A stretch of DNA of 64,000 nt from Firmicutes bacterium UBA3943 (GTDB taxonomy: Bacteria; Bacillota; UBA4882; UBA10575; UBA3943). A program made the position numbers and the translations under genes. This document shows, piece after piece, positions 1-9,330 of this stretch; the stretch's first letter is position 1, and each line of letters opens with the position of its first letter. The stretch lies in NCBI GenBank assembly GCA_002385625.1, contig DGDV01000018.1, forward strand, positions 16,570-80,569, given 5' to 3'. The notes beneath the pieces are model-generated. The model did not search any database. It was not told the origin of the DNA and worked only from the letters and a program-made list of their open reading frames with translations.

Positions 1-1408
1 CTCGCGTAAGAACGAGATGATCAACAACTTCCTCAAACCCGGCCTGGAGGATCTTTGTGTCTCTCGGACCACCTTCTCCTGGGGTATTCCGGTGCCCTTT
101 GACCCGAAGCATGTGGTCTATGTCTGGCTGGATGCTTTGACCAATTACATTACGGCCTTGGGTTATCCAGGGGACAATACCCTGATGGAAAAATTCTGGC
201 CCGCCGACGTTCACCTGGTGGGGAAGGAGATCGTCCGCTTCCACACCATTATCTGGCCCATCCTCCTGATGGCCTTGGGTTTGCCCCTGCCGAAGAAGGT
301 CTTTGGCCACGGGTGGCTGATCCTGGAAGGTGGAAAGATGTCCAAGTCCAAAGGGAATGTGGTGGATCCGGTGACCCTGGTTAACCGCTATGGCTTGGAT
401 GCTGTCCGATATTATCTGTTGCGGGAAGTTCCCTTCGGGTCGGATGGTGTATACTCCGAAGATGCATTAATCTTGCGGATTAATACGGATCTGGCCAACG
501 ATCTAGGCAATTTGCTGCACCGCAGCCTTTCCATGATTGAAAAATTCAACGGCGGAGTCGTGCCAGCACCAGGGGCCCTTGTCGAGCTTGATCGTGACTT
601 GATCCGGGCGGCGGAGGCCTGCGGAGCGAAGGTGGCCCAGCACATGGAGGAACTGACGATCTCCGATGCCGTGATGGCCATTATGGATCTGGTTGGACGG
701 GCCAACAAATATATTGATGAAGCAGCTCCGTGGGCGTTGAATAAAGCCGGTAACCGGGAGCGATTGGAGACCGTGCTTTATACCATGGCCGAAGTTTTAA
801 GACTGGTGGCGGTGTTGTTGACCCCCTTCCTGGTGGAGACGCCGGGCCGGATCTGGGAACAGTTGGGCCTGGACGGCAAACCGGTGGACGCCGGCTGGGA
901 TCAGGGGATCCGTTGGGGTGGCTTCCCGGCGGGAACGAAGGTGAAGAAGGGCGATCCCATCTTCCCGCGGATTGAGGTGGAAAAGGAGGACCAGGCTGCG
1001 CCTGCCAAGACTGAACCGGCCCAAGCCCAACAGGCTCAACAGGCCAAGGAGAAGGCCGTCCCTGCGCCCCAGGATGGCGCTGCCGGGTTAATCGCTATTG
1101 ATGAGTTTGCCCGCATTGATTTGCGTATTGCCAAGGTGTTGGCTGCCGAGAAGATTGAGGGTGCGGATAAGTTGCTAAAACTGCAAATCCGCCTGGGCGA
1201 GGAGGAACGCCAGCTGGTGGCGGGCATTGCCCAGTATTACCGGCCGGAAGACTTGGTGGGCACTGAGATTGTGGTGGTGGCCAACCTCAAGCCGGCCAAG
1301 TTGCGGGGAGTGCTTTCTCAAGGGATGCTCCTAGCCGCGTCGGATGGGGAGAAGCTGACCTTGCTCCGCCCGGAACAACCCATTAAGGATGGTGCAAAAG
1401 TTCGATGA
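1..1408 (+). CDS. metG: Methionyl-tRNA synthetase, C-terminal part; the 5' end lies outside the window
   Basis: KMSKS motif (GGKMSKSKGN), anticodon-binding region, and a C-terminal EMAP/tRNA-binding domain (LLKLQIRLGEEERQLVAGIAQYY). The ORF runs open from the window edge. Confidence 0.95.
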   Translation, partial: SRKNEMINNFLKPGLEDLCVSRTTFSWGIPVPFDPKHVVYVWLDALTNYITALGYPGDNTLMEKFWPADVHLVGKEIVRFHTIIWPILLMALGLPLPKKVFGHGWLILEGGKMSKSKGNVVDPVTLVNRYGLDAVRYYLLREVPFGSDGVYSEDALILRINTDLANDLGNLLHRSLSMIEKFNGGVVPAPGALVELDRDLIRAAEACGAKVAQHMEELTISDAVMAIMDLVGRANKYIDEAAPWALNKAGNRERLETVLYTMAEVLRLVAVLLTPFLVETPGRIWEQLGLDGKPVDAGWDQGIRWGGFPAGTKVKKGDPIFPRIEVEKEDQAAPAKTEPAQAQQAQQAKEKAVPAPQDGAAGLIAIDEFARIDLRIAKVLAAEKIEGADKLLKLQIRLGEEERQLVAGIAQYYRPEDLVGTEIVVVANLKPAKLRGVLSQGMLLAASDGEKLTLLRPEQPIKDGAKVR

Positions 1409-2193
1409 TCCGTTGGACGGATACCCATACCCACCTCAACGACGAGGTTTACGAGGGGGAGTTGGAGCAAATCTTGGCGCGCATGGAACAGGCCGGTGTG
1501 GGCCGGGCCATTGTGGTTGGCTATGACCTGGCTTCGGCGCAAAAAGCCGTGGAACTGGCCCGTCTCCATGCCCCCCTTTATGCGGCTGTGGGGGTTCACC
1601 CCCACGAGGCCAAGGATTATACGGAGGAGACTGAAGCCGAGCTAGGAAAACTGCTTCAGGAACCCAAGGTGGTGGCCCTGGGCGAGGTAGGCCTGGATTA
1701 CCACTATGATCATTCTCCCCGCGGGGTGCAGCAGGAGGTCTTCCGCCGGCAGATCCGGCTGGCCCGGGTCCATAAAATGCCGTTGATCATTCACGAGCGG
1801 GAGGCCACCAAGGATGCGCTGGACATTCTCCGAGAGGAGCATGCCGAAGAGGTCGGAGGAGTCTTTCACTGCTTTTCCGGGAGTGTAGAAACGGCTAAGG
1901 AGGCCTTGGCGCTGAACTTCTACATCTCAATTGCGGGGCCGGTGACCTTTGCCAATGCCCGGCGGCTGCCGCAGGTTATTCTCGAGATTCCTGCGGACCG
2001 GTTAATGGTAGAGACTGACTGTCCATATTTGACGCCCCATCCGTATCGGGGGAAACGGAACGAGCCGGCTTTTGTAACCTATGTGGGGGCAGAGGTCGCC
2101 CGGATCCTGGGTATTGCCCCGGAGGAGCTGGCCCGCCTAACCTGGGAGAACGCCGACCGTTGTTTCAGATGGACCCCGAGGAGGGAGAGTTAA
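1405..2193 (+). CDS. tatD: TatD-family metal-dependent hydrolase (YabD-like)
   Basis: N-terminal DTHTHL motif, typical TatD length, ATGA overlap with the metG stop. The metG-tatD order is conserved in Firmicutes. Confidence 0.9.
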   Translation: MIRWTDTHTHLNDEVYEGELEQILARMEQAGVGRAIVVGYDLASAQKAVELARLHAPLYAAVGVHPHEAKDYTEETEAELGKLLQEPKVVALGEVGLDYHYDHSPRGVQQEVFRRQIRLARVHKMPLIIHEREATKDALDILREEHAEEVGGVFHCFSGSVETAKEALALNFYISIAGPVTFANARRLPQVILEIPADRLMVETDCPYLTPHPYRGKRNEPAFVTYVGAEVARILGIAPEELARLTWENADRCFRWTPRRES

Positions 2194-2194
2194 C

Positions 2195-2785
2195 ATGGGA
2201 GATGTGTACGCCTACTCCCTTTATGGCAACATTTATTTAAACATCACCAATGCCTGCCCTAACCGCTGCACTTTTTGCATCCGCGAGACCAAGAATGGAG
2301 TAGGCTATCCCCTTTGGCTAAAGAAGGAGCCCACGGCGGATGAAGTTATTGCCGCCTTGGGAGATCTCTCCCAATACAAAGAGGCGGTCTTCTGCGGTTA
2401 TGGCGAACCCTTGCTCCGGCCGGAGGTGGTGGCGGCGGTCGCCCGGGCCATCAAGGAACGGGCCGGTTTGCCAATACGGGTTAATACCAACGGTCTGGCG
2501 GAGAAGATCTTAAGCCGTGCCATCCTCCCGATGCTAAAGGGGCTGGTGGATACCATCTCAATCAGTCTGAACTCTCAGGATGCCGAAGCGTATCAGGCCC
2601 TCTGCCGATCGTCCCTGGGATTGCAGGCCTTTCCGGCGGTACTGGAGTTTGCCAAGCGCAGTAAGGAGTATATCCCCCGGGTTATCCTCACCGTGGTGGA
2701 AAGGCCCGGTGTAGATATTGCAGCTTGTGAACAAATAGCCCGGGATCTGGGGGTGGAATTCCGAGTCCGGCATTACCAGCAGTAA
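2195..2785 (+). CDS. TatD-associated radical SAM protein
   Basis: CxxxCxxC cluster ([12 protein letters not shown]), about 196 aa, sits directly after tatD. Confidence 0.8.
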   Translation: MGDVYAYSLYGNIYLNITNACPNRCTFCIRETKNGVGYPLWLKKEPTADEVIAALGDLSQYKEAVFCGYGEPLLRPEVVAAVARAIKERAGLPIRVNTNGLAEKILSRAILPMLKGLVDTISISLNSQDAEAYQALCRSSLGLQAFPAVLEFAKRSKEYIPRVILTVVERPGVDIAACEQIARDLGVEFRVRHYQQ

Positions 2786-2899
2786 AAAGCTACCATCCAA
2801 TCATGGCAGGAATCAACCAACCGAGGATCGAATATACTAATGGCTGGTACGAGCAATTAAAGTATATTTTCCCTTTACGACAATAAAGGGGGTATCGGG

Positions 2900-3946
2900 G
2901 TGGGGCGACGTTCCGATGTAAGGATGGATTGGCAACGGAACCATCATGATCCAGCAGGTTGGGGGCGGCTGGTAGCAATCACCCTCCTGTCCCTGGGGAT
3001 TTTGAGCGCCATTATGTACCTGGTGGCGCTGGACCGTGTGACCGTCTATGTTGACGGCCGGGTATACCGGCGGACGACAGCGGCCGCCACGGTAGGCAAG
3101 GTCTTGACCGAGCTGGGAGTTACCCTTCGGACCGGGGATCAGGTTCAACCGGAATTGACGGAGAAGGTCCGGGAAGGAACCGAAATTCGGGTACACCGTG
3201 GCGTCGAGGTTAAGTTCCACGTGGACGGTGGAGTGCAGACCATCCGGACGGTTCCCGTTTCTGTGGTGGAAGCCCTGCGCCGCGCCAAGATCGAGCTTGG
3301 CCCGGATGATCGGGTGTCAAGCCCGCTGGATGACACTGTCTACGCGGGGCAGGAGATCCGGGTGGTGCGGGTTAGGAAGCGGATCGTGACGGAAGAGAGT
3401 ATCATTAAGGCTCCGGTGGAACTGCGCAAGGATAACAGCCTGAAAGAAGGCGTTCGTCAGATTGTGCAAAAGGGTGAACCAGGCCTGCTCCGGAAGACTG
3501 TGCAGATTACGGAGGAAGATGGCCGGGTGGTTCGCAAGAAGGTCCTGGCCAAAGAGAGGATTAAAGAGCCGAAAAAGCAGATTGTGGCCGTGGGGACTAA
3601 AGAGACTGTATATACCATGACCACCTCCCGCGGCCGGGAGATCCGGTACACCAAGGTGAAGCAAATGGTGGCGACGGCCTATTACCCTGGTCCAGAAAGC
3701 TGCGGGAAATATGCCAACGGTTATACCGCCACCGGCAAGAAGGCTGGTTTTGGTGTGGTGGCGGTGGATAAGCGAGTTATTCCCTTGGGGACCCGCCTCT
3801 ATATTGAGGGCTATGGTTACGCCGAAGCGGCGGATGTTGGCTCTGCCATCCGGGGGGATCGCATCGATCTGTGTTTTGATACATATCGCGAAGCCAAGAT
3901 GTTTGGCAAGAAAACGGTGAAAGTTTATATTTTGGCTCCGCAATAG
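2900..3946 (+). CDS. Cell-wall-associated protein with G5 and 3D domains (YabE-like)
   Basis: N-terminal TM segment, repeated DUF348-like units, a G5-like middle part, and a C-terminal 3D/RlpA-like motif (GYGYAEAADVGSAIRGDRIDLCFDT). GTG start 8 nt after AAGGGGG. Confidence 0.8.
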   Translation: MGRRSDVRMDWQRNHHDPAGWGRLVAITLLSLGILSAIMYLVALDRVTVYVDGRVYRRTTAAATVGKVLTELGVTLRTGDQVQPELTEKVREGTEIRVHRGVEVKFHVDGGVQTIRTVPVSVVEALRRAKIELGPDDRVSSPLDDTVYAGQEIRVVRVRKRIVTEESIIKAPVELRKDNSLKEGVRQIVQKGEPGLLRKTVQITEEDGRVVRKKVLAKERIKEPKKQIVAVGTKETVYTMTTSRGREIRYTKVKQMVATAYYPGPESCGKYANGYTATGKKAGFGVVAVDKRVIPLGTRLYIEGYGYAEAADVGSAIRGDRIDLCFDTYREAKMFGKKTVKVYILAPQ

Positions 3947-3971
3947 AGCGGAGAGTGCCCTTGCGGCTTGC

Positions 3972-4000
3972 AACCCCGGTCAACCGGGGTTTTCTTTATT
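3972..4000 (+). terminator. Rho-independent terminator
   Basis: AACCCCGG / CCGGGGTT stem followed by a T-rich run. Confidence 0.7.
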
Positions 4001-4072
4001 CCTGAAAATTGCAGGAATACCTGCAAATGGCGTCGAAATGTGTGTTAATCAATAAGAAACGGAGGAAAGCGT

Positions 4073-5050
4073 ATGGATACCGAACGAGTCTTGATTGCCA
4101 GCGCGGATTCTCGTACCAACCAAGTACTTGTATATAAACTCACCAATGCCGGATATAGGGTTCATACTGCTGTTTCCGGGGAAGAAGTTGTGGAGAAAAC
4201 CCTGTCCATACAGCCGGATCTTATCCTGTTGTCCATTGCCCTTCCGGATAAGGATGGATTTGAGGTTTGTGCCGAACTGCGGCAAAATCCTTTGACCCGT
4301 CGGACGCCGGTCATTGCTTTGCTTGATGCGGATCTGGAACTACAGGAACTGGCTGAGAAAGGTTTGCGCTTTGACGGGAAGATAGTCAAGCCCTTTAATC
4401 CCCAAGATGCCCTCTTGATGGTCCATGGACTACTGGCCCAGAGACGCTCGATGAAGACGGTGAACCGGTTGACCGGCTTGCCCGAAAAAATCCAGTATGA
4501 AGAGGAGATCCGGGAACGGTTTGAATTGGGCGTCCTTTTTCACCTGCTCTTTGTGGATATCGAGTACTTTACCATTTATAACAAGTATTACGGTTTTGAT
4601 GCAGGGGATGAGGTGATTAAGGCTACTGCCAGGATTTTGGAGGAAGTGGTGGCGTCCCTGGATACCGACGATGTTTTCCTAGCCCATCTTGGCGGCGATA
4701 ATTTTCGGATCCTTCTCCCCCTGGGCTACGGCGAGCGGGTGGGACGGGAGATTATCAAGAAGTTCGATGAGGGTGTCGGTCAATTCTATATGGAACATGA
4801 CCGGGAGCGCGGCGGGATTGTGGTGAAAAACCGCCGGGGGGCCTTGGAACAATGGCCGCTGATGACCATTGCCGTTGCCCAGGTTTCCAACGAGTTTCGC
4901 ACCTTCCGGCATCCCCTGGAGATGGAATTGGTGGGGGATGAATTGCTGATGTATGCCAAAACAATGCCCGGCAGCAATTTTGTTTATGATCGCCGGCGCG
5001 ATCCGGATAAAGTAGAGTCGAAAAATGAGCAACCGAAAAATGAGCAATAA
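4073..5050 (+). CDS. Receiver-like domain fused to a GGDEF-like domain; both key motifs are degenerate
   Basis: The REC fold keeps the conserved Lys (KIVKPF), but the phospho-acceptor context reads DLILLS. The GGDEF domain has NRLTGLP and GGDNF in place of GG(D/E)EF. Confidence 0.8.
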   Translation: MDTERVLIASADSRTNQVLVYKLTNAGYRVHTAVSGEEVVEKTLSIQPDLILLSIALPDKDGFEVCAELRQNPLTRRTPVIALLDADLELQELAEKGLRFDGKIVKPFNPQDALLMVHGLLAQRRSMKTVNRLTGLPEKIQYEEEIRERFELGVLFHLLFVDIEYFTIYNKYYGFDAGDEVIKATARILEEVVASLDTDDVFLAHLGGDNFRILLPLGYGERVGREIIKKFDEGVGQFYMEHDRERGGIVVKNRRGALEQWPLMTIAVAQVSNEFRTFRHPLEMELVGDELLMYAKTMPGSNFVYDRRRDPDKVESKNEQPKNEQ

Positions 5051-5077
5051 TATAGGCAAAAAACGGGGGGTCTTGCC

Positions 5078-5932
5078 ATGAATCTTGCTTCCCCCCGGAC
5101 AGTGAGGGAGCTTTTGGCGCGGCACGGTCTGGAGACAAAGAAGAGCCTGGGACAGAATTTTTTGGTGGATGGTAATACTTTGCGCCGGATCGTGGAGGCC
5201 GCGGAGATTAGCCCGGAGGACTCAGTGTTGGAAATCGGGACGGGCCTGGGGATTTTAACCCGGGAACTGGCCCGGCGGGCAGGCCGGGTTGTGACCGTTG
5301 AGATTGACCGTAGTTTGGCGCCGGTTTTGGAAGAAACTTTGCGGGATCTGGTCAATATCCAACAGGTCTTTGGGGACTTTCTAAAACAACCCCTGGCGGA
5401 ACTTCTGCCGGCCGGGGATAACTGGAAGGTGGTGGCCAACCTTCCCTATTATATTACCACGCCCATCCTTTTTCGCTTGTTGGAGGGGCCTGTGCCGCTG
5501 AGACGGCTGGTGTTTTTGGTGCAAAAGGAAGTGGCCCAGCGGGCGGCGGCTTTGCCCGGCGGGAAAACCTACGGTGCCCTCTCTGTAACCTTGCAGCACC
5601 GTTGCCAGGTTCAGGTGGCCGGGCTTGTGCCGCCGACGGTGTTTATACCGCCGCCAAAGGTAGATTCGGCCATTCTTGTGTTAACCCCTTTGGCGCGAAC
5701 ATTTCCCGAAGAGGCGGAGGGAGTTTTCCGGAAACTGGTGGAAACGGCCTTTCGCTACCGGCGTAAGACCTTGGCCAATGCCTGGTCCAAACTGAATTTG
5801 GACTGGGTAGGCCCGGCCGAGCTGAACAGTGTTTGGAGCACCCTGAAGATAGACCCAGGTATACGCGGCGAGTGCCTTTCTGTTGCTGAGTTTGAGGCAG
5901 TTGCGGAGCACTTGTTGGCACAAAGGAGATAA
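5078..5932 (+). CDS. rsmA: 16S rRNA (adenine1518/1519-N6)-dimethyltransferase
   Basis: LGQNFL motif, SAM-binding EIGTGLG, typical KsgA length. Confidence 0.95.
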   Translation: MNLASPRTVRELLARHGLETKKSLGQNFLVDGNTLRRIVEAAEISPEDSVLEIGTGLGILTRELARRAGRVVTVEIDRSLAPVLEETLRDLVNIQQVFGDFLKQPLAELLPAGDNWKVVANLPYYITTPILFRLLEGPVPLRRLVFLVQKEVAQRAAALPGGKTYGALSVTLQHRCQVQVAGLVPPTVFIPPPKVDSAILVLTPLARTFPEEAEGVFRKLVETAFRYRRKTLANAWSKLNLDWVGPAELNSVWSTLKIDPGIRGECLSVAEFEAVAEHLLAQRR

Positions 5933-5937
5933 ACCCC

Positions 5938-6408
5938 ATGGTTTTTGAAAGCCCGTCAAAGGGTCGACTGGATTTTGAAGAGATGTTTCAGGACATCCGG
6001 GAGTTTGTGGAGGAAGTTCCCCATGGGCAGTACAAACTAATTGTGGGGACGGATTCCCAAGTCAGGGAACGGGTTTGCTATGTAACCGCCGTGGTGATTC
6101 TCAGGGTGGGCAAGGGAGGACGCTTTTATTACACCAAAGAGTACGAGAAGATGCAGCTGGGCTTGAAACAGCGCATCTTTTTGGAGACCTCCCGCAGTCT
6201 TGCCGTGGCCTCAAAATTGGCGGAGAAACTGGCTGCCAACGGCCTGGCCGATTTGGATGTGGAGATTCATTTAGATGTGGGAGAAGACGGACGGACCCGT
6301 GATATTATTAAGGAAGTGGTGGGAATGGTTACTGGGAGCGGGTTTGACGCCCGGATCAAACCTGAATCCTATGGGGCTACAAAAGTGGCGGACAAATTCA
6401 CAAAATAA
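5938..6408 (+). CDS. RNase H-like YkuK-family protein (DUF458)
   Basis: YKLIVGTDSQ motif, about 156 aa, in the ksgA-veg neighbourhood. Confidence 0.7.
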   Translation: MVFESPSKGRLDFEEMFQDIREFVEEVPHGQYKLIVGTDSQVRERVCYVTAVVILRVGKGGRFYYTKEYEKMQLGLKQRIFLETSRSLAVASKLAEKLAANGLADLDVEIHLDVGEDGRTRDIIKEVVGMVTGSGFDARIKPESYGATKVADKFTK

Positions 6409-6416
6409 GACGGGTC

Positions 6417-6445
6417 TTGACAGCATGTAATTCGCCTGCTATAAT
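6417..6445 (+). promoter_or_regulatory. Consensus sigma-A promoter (veg P1)
   Basis: TTGACA (6417-6422), 17-nt spacer, TATAAT (6440-6445). Confidence 0.75.
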
Positions 6446-6455
6446 ATGTCGTTCA

Positions 6456-6484
6456 TTGACATAAGTTTGTGCCTATGGTATAAT
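6456..6484 (+). promoter_or_regulatory. Second consensus sigma-A promoter (veg P2) with an extended -10
   Basis: TTGACA (6456-6461), 17-nt spacer ending in TGG, TATAAT (6479-6484). Confidence 0.75.
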
Positions 6485-6508
6485 GAGACAGTGAGGCAGG
6501 TGAAGTTA

Positions 6509-6781
6509 ATGAATAACCTCAGTGTCCTGGAGCGAATCCGTGAAAGTTTGGGAGATTTTGTGGGACAAGAGATCTGTTTACGGGCAAACAAAGGCCGGAA
6601 ACGTATTCTTGAGGCCCAAGGGATTTTGGAGCAGGTTTATCCCAGAGTTTTCGTGGTTCGTTTTAACGATCACCAGGTTGAAAGGCGTGTTTCATATAGT
6701 TATGCGGACCTTCTCACCGAAACGGTGGAATTATCCGTGGGCGGAACACGTATTGGCAAGTTAGCAGTGACTACTGGGTAA
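6509..6781 (+). CDS. veg: Veg protein
   Basis: About 90 aa starting MNNLSVLERIRESL..ICLRANKGRKR..VYPRVFVV..VSYSYADLLT, which is Veg-like. I chose the ATG at 6509 after a GAGGCAGGTG ribosome-binding site rather than the longer track ORF. Confidence 0.85.
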   Translation: MNNLSVLERIRESLGDFVGQEICLRANKGRKRILEAQGILEQVYPRVFVVRFNDHQVERRVSYSYADLLTETVELSVGGTRIGKLAVTTG

Positions 6782-6792
6782 TTCTGAGCGCG

Positions 6793-6827
6793 AAGCCCGT
6801 CTTTCCTTGGAAAGACGGGCTTTTTTC
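6793..6827 (+). terminator. Rho-independent terminator after veg
   Basis: GCCCGTCTTTCC / GGAAAGACGGGC stem followed by TTTTTT. Confidence 0.85.
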
Positions 6828-6860
6828 TGTTTAATTAAGTCTTGAAGGGGGCTGGCGGTT

Positions 6861-8195
6861 TTGAGGCGAATAATTGGCCCGACCATTTGTTGTTGTGTTT
6901 TGCTGGTGGCGGCGGTGGGGCTTGCCGCTGTCGACGCCGCCGGGGAGATACTCTTGGTGGAACTGATCTCCCAGGAGCGACCGGAGTTTCAGGTGACCGG
7001 GACGGCCAGGCTTACATACCAGGCTTCATCCGATCAATGGCTCCCTGTACGCGATCTGGTGTTAACACCCGAGCGAACCTGGTCCGTCGCCATGGAACCG
7101 GGCACGGGGAAACTCTTACTCACGACGAAGCGCGGTGATCGCATCACTTCAGGACGGCCGATCCGGGTGGTGCCGGACGGGCCGGAGATGACCATCCGGA
7201 TCTTCGGCCGGGAATACAAGGGACAATTGGAGCTTAGGCCTTCTCCGAACGGGGTCCGCATCTATAATGCGGTGGGTTTGGAGGACTATACCTTGGGCGT
7301 CCTGGCCGGGGAGAGCTATGCCAGTTGGCATCCGGAGGCACTGAAGGCACAGGCGGTGGTCATTCGCTCCTATACCCTCAGCCACCGGAGGCGTCACGCT
7401 GACGGTGATTTTTGTGACCAAGCCCATTGCCAGCGCTATTTTGGCGCCATTGGCGAACAGGTCTTCCAAAGGGCGGTGGTGGAAACCAGGGGTCAGATTT
7501 TGACCTACCAAGGCCGGTGTATCAAGGCCCTTTACCATGCCAGCAGCGGCGGCAGGACGGAGAACAATGAGGATGTTTGGCTGGGTGATCCCATTCCCTA
7601 CCTACGGGCGGTGGAAGATTTTGACCAGAACTGTCCCAAATACCTCTGGTGTACACCCACGGTCTATTCCGTGCCGGAGTTCCTGGATAAGTTGGGTTTT
7701 GCCGGCTGGAAAGAGTGTGATATAACGCCAGTTCCTTCCGAGAAGACCGGCAATATTGTGGCCTACCGCTTTCAGAAGCCGGGCAGCAGCGACGGGGAGA
7801 GCCTGACCAGGGAGACCATCCGCTGGCGCCTGGGCTTATTCAGCCCGCGCTTTCAGATGGTGCGCTTGAAAGGCAGTGATTACAACCGGGTTGTTAATGG
7901 ATTGAACAAAGAAAAACTCCAGATTGGCCAGGTTAGTCCCGAAAACGGCCAGATCCGGCTGACCTTCAGGCTTGAGACGGCCCTGTCCGGACAGGAGATC
8001 CGGACGCCCCTCCGTTTAAGTGCAACAGATGTTATTTGCATCTCCGGCAAGGGCTCCGGGCACGGCGTGGGGCTCAGCCAGTGGGGCAGTCAGGGGATGG
8101 CGCTGCGGGGCATGAACTACCAAACAATCCTGCGCCATTATTTTGGCCAAGAGGTTGTTATAGCCGACTATACCTTAAACCAGGAGATTAGATAA
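6861..8195 (+). CDS. spoIID: Stage II sporulation protein D (SpoIID/LytB-domain lytic transglycosylase)
   Basis: Signal anchor, SpoIID-domain motifs (VVIRSYTL, YHASSGGRTENNEDVW), TTG start. Confidence 0.85.
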   Translation: MRRIIGPTICCCVLLVAAVGLAAVDAAGEILLVELISQERPEFQVTGTARLTYQASSDQWLPVRDLVLTPERTWSVAMEPGTGKLLLTTKRGDRITSGRPIRVVPDGPEMTIRIFGREYKGQLELRPSPNGVRIYNAVGLEDYTLGVLAGESYASWHPEALKAQAVVIRSYTLSHRRRHADGDFCDQAHCQRYFGAIGEQVFQRAVVETRGQILTYQGRCIKALYHASSGGRTENNEDVWLGDPIPYLRAVEDFDQNCPKYLWCTPTVYSVPEFLDKLGFAGWKECDITPVPSEKTGNIVAYRFQKPGSSDGESLTRETIRWRLGLFSPRFQMVRLKGSDYNRVVNGLNKEKLQIGQVSPENGQIRLTFRLETALSGQEIRTPLRLSATDVICISGKGSGHGVGLSQWGSQGMALRGMNYQTILRHYFGQEVVIADYTLNQEIR

Positions 8196-8337
8196 GGGTT
8201 TCACAGTTGCCTTTGCCGCCTGGGGCGCAAAAGCAAACCCTTTTGGGTAAGCTAATTTCTGGCGGACTGCTGCCGTTAGCTAAAATTGCAACGACTATTG
8301 TTCCGAGGACTGATCTATGAATATCATTGGATAAATT

Positions 8338-9294
8338 GTGGAGAATGCGGGGGATGAACTGTTGACCAATCCGGACTGGCGCAAAGGCCTAGCCGACCGT
8401 TGTCCGCAGGTGCGCATGCGCTTGGATGTGCCCATGGCGGAGTTGACCACTTTCCGGCTGGGAGGGCCGGTAGACGTATTGGTGGAACCCGAAAGCCCGG
8501 AGGAAGTGGCGGCTGTTGTGGACTATCTGGATCAGGCGGGCGTGCCCTGGATGGTAATGGGATTGGGTTCTAACTTGATTGTGCGTGACGGTGGGATTCG
8601 CGGTGCGGTCATCCGTTTAGGCAAGTCCTTTGCCTGGGTTGAGTTGGCCGAGGAAGGCCGGGTAGCGGCGGGAGCAGCCATTAGCTTGTCGGAGCTTTCC
8701 AAGCGGGTGGGCGAAGCGGGCCTATCCGGGCTGGAGTTTGCCATTGGCATCCCCGGCAGCTTGGGCGGGGCTGTTTTTATGAATGCCGGGGCCTATGACG
8801 GTGAGATGAGCCAGGTGGTCAGGGAGGTCACGGCCTTCCTGCCTGGTCAGGGCTTGGTGCGATTCAAAGGAGATGATCTGTGCTTCGGTTACCGGCGCAG
8901 TTGTTTGCAGAACCGGAAGGCCATTGCCTTGGCGGTCCAATTCCAGCTTAGGCCGGGCGACAAGGAAGAGATCTTCGCGAAGATGGCGGATTTGACGGCA
9001 CGGCGGGAAGCAAAACAGCCTTTGGAGATGCCCAGCGCCGGCAGCGTTTTTAAACGGCCGCCCGGCCATTTTGCTGGTGGTTTGATTGAAGCGGCGGGCT
9101 TAAAGGGACTTAAGGTGGGCGGTGCGCAGGTTTCGCCCAAACATGCCGGCTTTATTGTGAACACCGGTACGGCCACTGCCAAGGATGTGCTGCAGTTGAT
9201 AGCGACTGTGCAAAAACGGGTCTTTGAGCATTCCGGCCTGTGGTTGGAAACGGAGGTAAGGGTGGTGGGGGAAGACTCCCAAAATAATCCTTAA
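8338..9294 (+). CDS. murB: UDP-N-acetylenolpyruvoylglucosamine reductase
   Basis: FAD-binding region (TTFRLGGP..GLGSNLIVRDGG) and a MurB C-terminal domain (GSVFKRPPGHFAG..GGAQVSPKHAGFIVN). Confidence 0.93.
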   Translation: MENAGDELLTNPDWRKGLADRCPQVRMRLDVPMAELTTFRLGGPVDVLVEPESPEEVAAVVDYLDQAGVPWMVMGLGSNLIVRDGGIRGAVIRLGKSFAWVELAEEGRVAAGAAISLSELSKRVGEAGLSGLEFAIGIPGSLGGAVFMNAGAYDGEMSQVVREVTAFLPGQGLVRFKGDDLCFGYRRSCLQNRKAIALAVQFQLRPGDKEEIFAKMADLTARREAKQPLEMPSAGSVFKRPPGHFAGGLIEAAGLKGLKVGGAQVSPKHAGFIVNTGTATAKDVLQLIATVQKRVFEHSGLWLETEVRVVGEDSQNNP

Positions 9295-9330
9295 TTGGGT
9301 CGGCAGGAAGGTTACGTTTGGAGGGCGAAC

